From Amoebophrya sp. A120 (taxonomy: Eukaryota > Protista > Dinoflagellata): a DNA stretch of 64,000 bases. The notes beneath the pieces were generated by a model. The model saw nothing but the letters and a program-made list of their open reading frames with translations. It searched no databases and was not told the origin of the DNA. Position 1 is the first letter of the stretch, and every line of letters starts with the position of its first letter. Shown here one piece after another: positions 12,865-23,500 of this stretch. The position numbers were made by a program, and so were the translations under genes. The DNA is taken from assembly GCA_905178155.1 (NCBI GenBank), contig CAJINV010000004.1, forward strand, positions 3,001,014 to 3,065,013, read 5' to 3'.

Positions 12865-13926
12865 TCCTGCGAACGGTTATCACGAACGTACTTCTCCCTC
12901 GTAATATTGCGCCGCTTCAGACTTTGAAAGAGCTGCCCAAGCCCTGTCCGGGCTCCAGGGCAATGGTGGCCGTAAGCAAGTGGCCCAGGGCCCCAGGCAC
13001 TGGTGACGAGATCAGCCCCCGAAGGCGTCGTAACGATCGACACCGGAGAGGGACCTGTTTGGGTGAGGGGAAATGGATCATAGCATGCTGTCTAGAGATG
13101 ACGTTTACGGTTTTTTAGGGTAGAGGAGAAATCCGAGGAAAAAAGCATCAATTTGGTACCATTTCGAGGCCAAAAATTGCAAATCCCAGAAAAACCGCAA
13201 ACACCTTACCTAGACAGCACGCTATGATCCATTTCCCTCCAGTCAAACTGGGGCAAGCACGCGAGCACACTTTTTGGACAGGGAAATCGAGCATAGCGTG
13301 CTGCCTAGAGAGCATGTTTACGGTTTTTGGGGTCGATTTCATACAAAGCAGCACGTTTTCGGAGGGATGGATCGATCATACCATCGTGGTTAGGTAACAT
13401 GTTTACGGTTTTTTGGGTGCCGGCAAATTTTGGGCTTTTTGGTACCCAAAATTTGCCAATTTCCCACATCCTCAAAAATGCGACTTTTTCTCCAGTCATG
13501 GGGAAAATTTGGCTAGAAGTTCCAAAAGTTCCGAGATGGAAGTTAGGAAGGCCGCACAGCGATAAAGTGGTGGAGAGGCCATGCAGATGCCAGCTCTTAG
13601 ACTCACAAGTCCGAGCCACAGCCACTCCTCGGGGCTGGACCGTCCTGACCCGGGTCCAAAAGCCGACGTTGAGGGAAAGGCACAGCATCAGGTGGCTCCG
13701 GTGGGCGACATTCCGCGTCGCCATACCTTGCGCACTGGCTAGATCCAACCCAGTGAGCTACTGCAGAGTCCCGCAATAGCTAACAGAGTCAACGAGCCAA
13801 TTTGAATGTGTAAAAAATGCCCCCAATGCACAGCCAAAAAATTTTTAATCTAAAAAACGACAAACCGTAAACGTAAACACTTTTTCTTTCGATATCCTGC
13901 GAACGGTTATCACGAACGTACTTCTC
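12865..13926. mobile_element. ~1 kb insert flanked by a 32-bp direct repeat, with four ~48-bp internal modules
   Basis: TCCTGCGAACGGTTATCACGAACGTACTTCTC at 12865-12896 and 13895-13926; modules near 13068, 13190 (inverted), 13281 and 13365. Confidence 0.65.
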
Positions 13927-14544
13927 GTTCTCCCTCGTCTCTTCCTACAACGCCGACAGGGCGGCCAGAATACCTAGCCACAAGATAACAAGAAGACCGA
14001 CTAGTATTCGTAGTTCTGCTACTTCTGTCCTGCGTCGTGAGCGCGCTGACGATTGCTGAGCCGCCGTGATGAAGAGAATGATGTGCCGCGGGCGCGTCAC
14101 TACAGCCTGAGCTAGTACAACTCGCCCTCCCGCCTCCTGATGATCTGCACGTTTCTTACGTCGTCGTCGACCAGGCACGGTAAGAATGAATCTTCGAGAC
14201 AACTACGCTGGCTCTGGCACCCAGGCGTCGCTGCAAGTGCAAAAACTGCAACAAGCGCGAGCGCATCACGAGGTGCGAGCGGCTGCAGCTGATCCCGCCC
14301 CGGCTGCTCGTCTGTGAAGCGCGTAGGAGGACGACGCGGCCGCTCGAGCTTCCGGCCGTTCGCGGCGTGCACGACGATCTCCGCCGCTGCTCCGGCTAAA
14401 TACGGAGATGCAGCACTGCCACTGCGTTACAACTTCTGGGCAGAAATAATTGCAGCTGCGTCAATCTTCCTGTACAGTGGGAGGTACCAGTTGGCAGCAG
14501 CAGCTCTCGACGACAACATCGGTGGCCGCCGTGCTGCTTTTTAT

Positions 14545-17500
14545 TTAGAGCGCCAGGTCCTGGTCGTTGACGTCGTATTTCGCGATGCACACCAGCGTGT
14601 CCCCCAGGTGCAGCAACTCGTCAAACACGTGCGGCGCGGCCATGATAAACCGCGGCTCGATGTCTTTGGTCAGTTCTTTGATGGCGCTGTCCTTCGGGGG
14701 CGGCGGCAGTTCGTTGGGGTTGAACTTCTATCCTGTGCAAAAGTATCGTAATATTCGTATAAATGCATTACAAATTTCCCTAGCATGAGAAATAAAATTT
14801 GTAATGCTGATTTACCTAATGCATCATCGCAATACGAGTACGAAGATGCTTTTGCAATGCATAACTTCTTCCGCTTCTCGGCCTTCTCGTGCTTGATCAG
14901 GCGCGCGATGCCCACCGGAATCAGGTTGTGGTGCCACATCAAGGACTCCATGAAGTTCATCAGAGGCATATTACAATGAAAAATGCCCCCACCCCCGAAC
15001 TTGAAAGCATTTGTATTGCAAACCTTTCCAAATGAAACATTCGCCCTCTTGCATGTATCAGCATCACAGATTTCCGATCGTGAATACCAAAAATTTGCAT
15101 TGCAAAAGATCCCAGCAAGAGCGGTGCTTGTCATGCAAGCGATGCAAAACACGACTAGACTCTGCATCAGAAAGATTCGTACTCCTTTCATGCATGACAA
15201 AAAGTTTTCATTTGGAAACTTCGCAACACAAATCTTTGCAACTTTGGGGGTAGGGGGCACTTTTCACTGTAATAAGGCATGCCCACCCAGTTCTGCGGCA
15301 CGTCCACTGTGGCGCCCTTGCACATAATCATAGCCTGCACGAGGGAGACCAAACTTATCCAGGAAAAAACACCCAACTTCTACATCCCCATCCATTTTTT
15401 GCATGACAAACGCTGCTTTTAATGCATGTTAATGTTTTGCATTTGACAAAGTGGATAAGGAAGATGGGTGATCTTCTTTCGTGGATAAAACTCGTGTTGT
15501 ACAGAATGTTGACCATCAGACTGGTGATCATACTCGAGCAAAACAACTTCCCGCAGCAGTATCTCGGCTGTCGCAGCAGGGCCGCCCGGTGGGCCGCCAT
15601 GTCGGCCTCGTCGGACAAGTCTCCGCCGTCGTTTATCCTGAGCAAAAACGTTCCCGCCCCAGCGCCAAGATGGGAAATCCGCTAGAGGAATCAGCCACCT
15701 CTGGTTGTTTCGCATGACAAGTTGATCCTCATAGTGTAATCCTGTTTAGCTAGCTCCGAAGCATCACAGATCTAGCATATTGTCGTGCTGATTCTAGCAT
15801 TACAACTTCAAAAACAGGAAAAGAAAATGGCTCTCATGGGGCTCCGCATCATCATCATCATCATCATCATGGGGCTCAGCATCTCATGGGGCTCCGCATC
15901 ATCATCATCATGTAGTGGACACCCGCTCCCAGCGCCACAGGTCAAGGACCCCCTCCCCGGGGGGTGGGCGAGGAAGCACTTTCGGCGAGCTCATCATACA
16001 AAAGCCGAGCGCTACCACGGCAAGTCGCCCCATGAAAAGTACCAACCAGTCGGGAGCTACCCACCACACCTGATCAGTACAGCCCGGCCAGCTAGCCGAG
16101 CGCGACAGCCCAACATACAGAACGATCCAGGACCCGACCCATTTTACGCCTTACGTTTTTGTTCCCACGGAAGAGACGACGTACCCCTTTGGGTTAAGGG
16201 GCGAGACTCTCCCTTAAGCCGCAACCCCGCCCGGACAGGGGAGGCTGGACCGTTTGCGCCTTACCTGCGGCACGGGCGAACCGGGCAAGTGCACGGACCA
16301 CAGACCACCGGGCAAGTGCCGCATGAGAAATTTTTTTGGCATGCAGATTTGCATGACAACTCTGGTGTGGGGACGTTTTTCCTCAGGATATCGTTCGCGT
16401 CGTCCTCCGACGTGATCTTGCCCTTGGATCTTAGCGGAACCAGGTAGTAGTTTTCGTCCACGAGCAATTCGAGAATGACGCTGGTGGTGCAGAGGGGCGG
16501 CAAACTTCCCTCGATCAACTTGCAACAGAAGATGCCGTCGCTGTCCACCATGTTCATGTTGTGCGGAGCTTTGTAGGTGTCCGCGACGAACTGGGCGCTG
16601 GTGCTGGCGGGTATGCAATACAAATTTCCCGTACATGTAAGTACAAGCTGCATCACAAATTTCGCCAATTTGGAGCGTACTAAAACTTGTCATGCTAAAC
16701 TCGGATCGAGTTTAACTTTTGTCATGCAGAGACCGCATTTGTACGTGTACGGGAAATTTACTGTGGATAGCGGAGCTGGTGCGGTACATCTCGCGGTAAT
16801 CCTCCGTCTGCTTGCTGAACACTTTGCTGCCCTTCGCACCCGCGCCCCGCCGCCGTTTTCTCCCCGCAGAGCCGGCGAGGATGACGATACAGGAGGTATG
16901 AAAGCCTCAGAATGGAAATCCTCAAAGTGGAAATAACTTGTGATGCATGAAATGCAAGGCAAAAAAGACTGTATTGCAAAGGAGACAATGGAGGCCGACT
17001 ATTGTCCTGCTAGGGGTGAAGAATTGGGCTGCTGATTAGCACGACAGAAGGGCACCCCTTTGCCTAACTAACATTACAGGCACGTTTTGAGTGCCCGGGA
17101 AATTCGTCATGCGCCGACTACAAACGGCACTTCAACTGGAGTCGTTTTCTTGCATTACAAATTATTTCCACTTTGAGGATTTCCAACCTGAGGCTTTCAT
17201 AGGAGGCGTGTTCGAAGTTCGCCCGCCGCAGGTCAAACATGTTCATATGGCGTTCCCAAGTGTTACATTCTCAACTGTTACGCGATTTGTAATGCAGAAT
17301 CGCAATCAGAATCGACACGATCAAGCTGCTCCGCATGACAAATTCTCGAAGAGCCAAGCAGGCTGAGAATCTTTGCCAGATCTGTCATGCAAGACGCGCA
17401 AGGTGACCCCTTTCACTTTTGCTATTCTTGCATCACAAATCCATGTAACAGCTGAGAATGTAACAGTTGAGAACGCCATAGTTCATGGGGTTGCCGTGCA

Positions 17501-20500
17501 GCATGTAGATGCCCTTCGCTTCCAACACGCGGTACCAGTCCTGCGGAACGGCCTGGGAGAGAATGACGAGCGGAGCTTTGCTGTGGAGCCGCAGCGTGCG
17601 GATCGCGGGGTAGATCCGCACCTGGCACTTCATTGCGTTCCCAAGACAGCTATCAACTGCAAATATGTCTGGGTCTGGAAGAACGCAACTTGTCATGCAG
17701 ATTTTCCATGACCCATGAGGTCTGGAATGCGGGACGTAGCATTACAAACTCTGCGAGGTCTCTGTCATGCCTATCCTGCATGAGAAATCCCCTCCCAACT
17801 TGGTCGAAAGTCAGCAGCCTTTTGCACTCATGCAACACAGATTTTAGCATGATTCAGCTTTAGCATCACAAGTTACTGTCTTCCAGACCCAGACATATTT
17901 GCAATGCATAACAGCAGATGATCAAGTGGCCGCCCGGGGCGAGCACCTCGTTCGGCGGCGGTTTCGGGTCGGAATGCGCAATGTGCATCTATCCTGTGCA
18001 AAAGTATCGTACTCGTACTAATTGCGTTTATGCATTACAAACAAGGTCCGAGCACGGGGACAGAGTCCCCGTGCGGCGACCTTCCGGCAATTGTCTGGGA
18101 CGAGTTCGGGGGTTGTGGTGGCTGGCACTGGGCAGGCAGGCCCCTGCAGCCCGGTGTCTCTGTGTGGCCTGCGCCCCCTGATCCGCGGCAGATCTGCGGA
18201 CGGAGCCCCTCTGCTTGCCCACACTAGGCCCGTTGGCCTACCGCGAACAAAGAGAACACAAAGGAAGAAGCTGGCGCCGGATGTGTAGCTGGCCCCTAGG
18301 TCATGACGCGGGGACCGCGTCCCCGCGCTGACCTAGGGCTTTCGCCCCTGGGCCGTGAGGTTGGTTTCCGGGAAGCGCCCAAAGCTGGCCCCTAGGTCAT
18401 GACGCGGGGACCGAGTCCCCGCGCTGACCTAGGGCCTTTGCGCCTCGGCCGCGCGGTTAGTTTCCGGGAAACGCCCAAAGCTGGCCCCTAGGTCATGGCG
18501 CGGGGACCGAGTCCCCGCGCTGACCTAGGGCTTTTGTCCCTGGGTCGTGCGGTTACGTTAGTTCCCGGGAACGAAGCCCCCAAAACTGGCCCCTAGGTCA
18601 TAACGCGGGGACCGAGTCCCCGCGCTGACCTAGGGCTTTTGCGCCTCGGCCATCCAGTTAGTTTCCGGGGAGCGCCCAAAGCTGGCCCCTAGGTCATGAC
18701 GCGGGGACCGAGTCCCCACGCTGACCTAGGGCTTTTGCGCCTCGGCCGTCCAGTTAGTTTCCGGGCTGCGCCCAAAGCTGGCCCCTAGGTCATGACGCGG
18801 GGACCGAGTCCCCGCGCTGACCTAGGGCTTTTGCATTGCCCCTGGGCAATGCGGTTAGTTTCCGGGATGCGCCCGAAGCTGGCCCCTAGGTCATGACGCG
18901 GGGACCGAGTCCCCGCGCTGACCTAGGGCTTTTGCGTTGCCCCTGGGCCGTGCGGTTAGTTTCCGGGAAGCGCCCAAAGCTGGCCCCCAGGTCATGACGC
19001 GGGGACCGAGTCCCCGCGCTGACCTAGGGCTTTTGCGCCTCGGCCGTGCGGTTGGTTTCCATCCGGGAAGCGCCCAAAGCTGGCCCCTAGGTCATGGCGC
19101 GGGGACCGGGTCCCCACGCTGACCCAGGGCTTTTGTCCCTGGGCCGTGCGGTTAGTTCCCGGGAAGCGCCCAAAGCTGGCCCCTAGGTCACGACACGGGG
19201 ACCGAGTCCCCGCGCTGCCCCAGGGCCTTCGCGCCTCGGCCGTGCAGTTAGTGTCCGGGGGGCGCCCAAAGCTGGCCCCTAGGTCATGACGCGGGGACCG
19301 AGTCCCCACGCTGGCCTAGGGCTTTTGTCCCTGGGCCGTGCGGTTAGTTCCCGGGAAGCGCCCAAAGCTGGCCCCTAGGTCATGACGCGGGGACCGAGTC
19401 CCCGCGCTGCCCTAGGGCTTTTGCGCCTCGGCCATGCAGTTAGTTTCCGGGGAACGCCCAAAGCTGGCCCCTAGGTCATGACGCGGGGGCCGAGTCCTCG
19501 CGCTGACCTAGGGCTTTTGCCTTGCCCCTGGGCCATGCGGTTGGCTTCCGGGAAGCGCCCAAAGCTGGCCCCTAGGTCATGACGCGGGGACCGAGTCCCC
19601 GCGCTGACCTAGGGCTTTTGCATTGCATGCCCGTGGGCCGTGCGGCTAGTTTCCGGGAAGGGCCCANNNNNNNNNNNNNNNNNNNNNNNNNNNNNNNNNN
19701 NNNNNNNNNNNNNNNNNNNNNNNNNNNNNNNNNNNNNNNNNNNNNNNNNNNNNNNNNNNNNNNNNNNNNNNNNNNNNNNNNNNNNNNNNNNNNNNNNNNN
19801 NNNNNNNNNNNNNNNNNNNNNNNNNNNNNNNNNNNNNNNNNNNNNNNNNNNNNNNNNNNNNNNNNNNNNNNNNNNNNNNNNNNNNNNNNNNNNNNNNNNN
19901 NNNNNNNNNNNNNNNNNNNNNNNNNNNNNNNNNNNNNNNNNNNNNNNNNNNNNNNNNNNNNNNNNNNNNNNNNNNNNNNNNNNNNNNNNNNNNNNNNNNN
20001 NNNNNNNNNNNNNNNNNNNNNNNNNNNNNNNNNNNNNNNNNNNNNNNNNNNNNNNNNNNNNNNNNNNNNNNNNNNNNNNNNNNNNNNNNNNNNNNNNNNN
20101 NNNNNNNNNNNNNNNNNNNNNNNNNNNNNNNNNNNNNNNNNNNNNNNNNNNNNNNNNNNNNNNNNNNNNNNNNNNNNNNNNNNNNNNNNNNNNNNNNNNN
20201 NNNNNNNNNNNNNNNNNNNNNNNNNNNNNNNNNNNNNNNNNNNNNNNNNNNNNNNNNNNNNNNNNNNNNNNNNNNNNNNNNNNNNNNNNNNNNNNNNNNN
20301 NNNNNNNNNNNNNNNNNNNNNNNNNNNNNNNNNNNNNNNNNNNNNNNNNNNNNNNNNNNNNNNNNNNNNNNNNNNNNNNNNNNNNNNNNNNNNNNNNNNN
20401 NNNNNNNNNNNNNNNNNNNNNNNNNNNNNNNNNNNNNNNNNNNNNNNNNNNNNNNNNNNNNNNNNNNNNNNNNNNNNNNNNNNNNNNNNNNNNNNNNNNN

Positions 20501-23500
20501 NNNNNNNNNNNNNNNNNNNNNNNNNNNNNNNNNNNNNNNNNNNNNNNNNNNNNNNNNNNNNNNNNNNNNNNNNNNNNNNNNNNNNNNNNNNNNNNNNNNN
20601 NNNNNNNNNGTGTCTGGGGTGTGTCTGGGGTATGTTTATACCCCACCTGTTGCTTTTTCGCCAAAAATTTGCATTCAGGTCGTGATTGACTGCCATTTGC
20701 ATACCCCTGACACACCCCCGAACATACCCCCGAACATACCCCTCGCATGCATTTTTGACCAGCTGCTGCAGTTTAGATAGTAATCCTTTTCTTAAGGCAA
20801 ATCCGCATGACAAATTCCATTTGTCATGCTGAGTCAATTTGTATTGCAATTACTACTAGTACGATACTTTTGCAGTTCATAGCATCTCCCGCGCGCGAAT
20901 GTCCGGGCGCACGCGCAGCTCCAGAAACTCCCGGAGCCGTTGCCGGTGCTGGGCGGCTTTCAGTACGTTCTCCTCGTCCGCGGTCTGCATCTCGAGGCAT
21001 CCTGAGTAAAAACGTCCCCATACCAGAGTCGAGATGGGAAATTTTTTTTTTGCCCGGCCCCCAATTTTTTCATCATTCAATTATTCTAGTCGGGGCGGTG
21101 GGCGTTTCCAAAAATGTGAAGAACCCCTCCCACCCTCCATGTTATTCACATATAAGGAATTGCGCAGGTATACGGCATTTTTTTCCCGATTTCTTACATT
21201 CGTAGCCCGGTCTTGCAGGGCTCTCGCCCTGTTGGCACTCGAGCGAGTCGAGATGGGAAATCTGCTAGACAAATCAACCAGCTTCGGTTGCTTCGCATGA
21301 CAAATTTGTCCATGTAGTGCAATCCTGTTTCAGTAGTTCAGCAGCATCACAGATCTAGCATATCATGGTGATTCTAGCATCACAAATTGCAAAACACGAC
21401 TAGAAAATGATTCTCCTGGGGCTCCGCATGAGAAACCTTTTTGCCATGCAGATTTGCATGACAACTCTGGTGCGGGGACATTTTTAATCAGGATACGAGG
21501 CCGGTGGTATTCAGCGCTTTCATATCCGTCACCGCATGAATCTCTGCGAGCGTGCGCTTGAACCTGGTTTTGGTATAGGTGTTTCCTTGTTGTGTAGTAG
21601 TTCACAGATGAGTCTCACAATCAATCTTGCAACTTCTGTAAATGCTCTGCTTGCTTCAAGTAGCTAGTAAACGTGGTCCTCACGACACAACTTGTGTCTC
21701 TGGCAAAAAACATCAACATAATCAAAATCGAATCACATTCAAACCAACAAGCACCTTTTCCTTTCCAGCATGAGGCCGCCGGTCCCGGTGCGCCATCCAC
21801 AGTAAATTTCTTGTACATGTACAAATGCTTTTTCTGCATGACAAAGCTTTCTCATGATTCTGTTCAGCATGACAAGCGGCATGTTCATCCAAGTTGGTGA
21901 AATTTGTAATGCATTTTTTACATGTACAGGAAATTCGTATTGCATATGCGCCACACAGGGTCCACAACGTTGGGAATTTCGTCCATGGTTGTATTCGGGT
22001 ACTGCGTATCCACTGCAAAAGTATCGCGCTTGTAATAATTGCGCCACAGCATGACAAATCTTCCTCGACTGTTGAATCAGCATGACACATCTCACTGACT
22101 TCATGATCTTCTCCTTCTGAAAAAAATTGCATTTGATTTCCACAAGTTTCAATACTTTTGCAATGCCTACTCCAGATCCAGGTTGCGCTGTACGCTCGGC
22201 ACGCCGTACAGCTGTGCCAAGTCCCCGCTCTTCGAGGCCATGATTTTTTCTTTCAGGCTCATTGACTTCGTGATGTTTTTCTTCTTCGAGGCCTCCTGTT
22301 CCTCCATCTTCCGCTGCCGCTTCTTCTCCAGCGCCGCCAGCCGGGCGTTGCCCCCGGCCGCCACGGACGCGTCCGCCTGCATGCGCGCCTTGGCCTTGGC
22401 CGCGCCGGCCTGCAGCGCCTGCTGCTCCGCGCGGTACTTCAAGCCAACGTCGTCCACGCCGGGGAGGTAAAACTTCTGCGCCACGGCGGACACGTCGGGT
22501 GCGATGAAGACGCCCTTGACCTTGCGCTGCGAGAGCTGCGGCGAGTCCTTGTAGGTGGGGTCAAACACCCAGGCGGCCACCCGCTCCCCGGCGCCGGGGT
22601 TCAGCTTCAGGATCGGCAGATCGGTCAGTCCGTACTCGACAATGCCGATCATCAACACCTCCCCCTCCGAGCGGTGCAGCAAGTCCAATACGATTTCCCC
22701 GAAGGATAGGCCGTAGTATGCCTTGGACAAATCAAGTTCGTAGATTTCCTTTTCCAGTCCACTGAAGTACATTTTTTCCCAGGGCATGAACGCGTCCGGC
22801 TGGCTGGTTTCGGTCTTCGCGGCAAAGGAGGGCGCGACCGTTTTGAACAGGTTGCAGATGAAGCACGCGAACCCGGGCAGAAAGCAGGACTTCATCGCGA
22901 TCGAAGCCTTGAAATCGTCCAGACTCACCATGTACTGGTCGGCAACGCCGGCGGACCGCAGCAGCTCCTTTTTTTCCGAGACATGGAGCAGCTATGCAAT
23001 GCAAAACTTGTAGTATCTCTATCGTTGTACTCCTCGCATGACAAATCTAAACATTCAACCTTACCCAGCACGACAAATTGCGTTTTTCTTCTTCGAAAAA
23101 TTTGTCATGCCTACTCATACGAGGACACTTGTTTCATCGCAATGCATAGCAGCACCACGATCCTGATGTCCAGCAGGAGCGAATTTTTCATCTGCAGCAC
23201 TCGCATCACGTTCGACTGATCGTCCTTCTCGATGTCTTCCGCGTACAGATTGGGCAAGACGAAGATCATTAGTGCGTCGTAGGCCCGCGCGGGGATGAGG
23301 CCATCCCAAACCGACCCGTTGTACACAAACACGCGGGACCGATACTTGACGTTTTCGCGCTTGTTGAGCCAGGTCCGCACCCGGTCGCAGGTCTCCGGGT
23401 CCTCGAGTAACACGACGGTCTCCGTGTTCAGCCCGGTCGGGGGCGGCTCGAACTCGGCCGACACCGGGGGCGGAATCACCATCTTCTCTTCGTGATAGAT

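Larger units (their letters stand above)
17990..20881. mobile_element. Giant family-B intronic element containing a satellite array (spans an assembly gap)
   Basis: TATCCTGTGCAAAAGTATCGTACT...AGTACGATACTTTTGCAGTTCATA; DR GCATC; frame restored REM|HIAH. Confidence 0.85.

Noticed and set aside
15971-16003. Hammerhead-like TGATGAG..CGAAA on the minus strand of the (ATG)n retroposon (also ~9530-9560)
   Set aside because: The core C of CUGA is missing and no stem I pairing is visible; would need an Infernal search.
15785-16447. 220-aa plus-strand ORF
   Set aside because: Lies antisense across a TIR element and nested insert; poly-I and poly-S runs come from (CAT)n.
18288-19666. CRISPR-like palindromic array
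   Set aside because: Linkers are near-identical rather than unique spacers; no cas genes; eukaryotic context.
19572-20849. ORFs of 349-425 aa
   Set aside because: Artefacts of the N gap.
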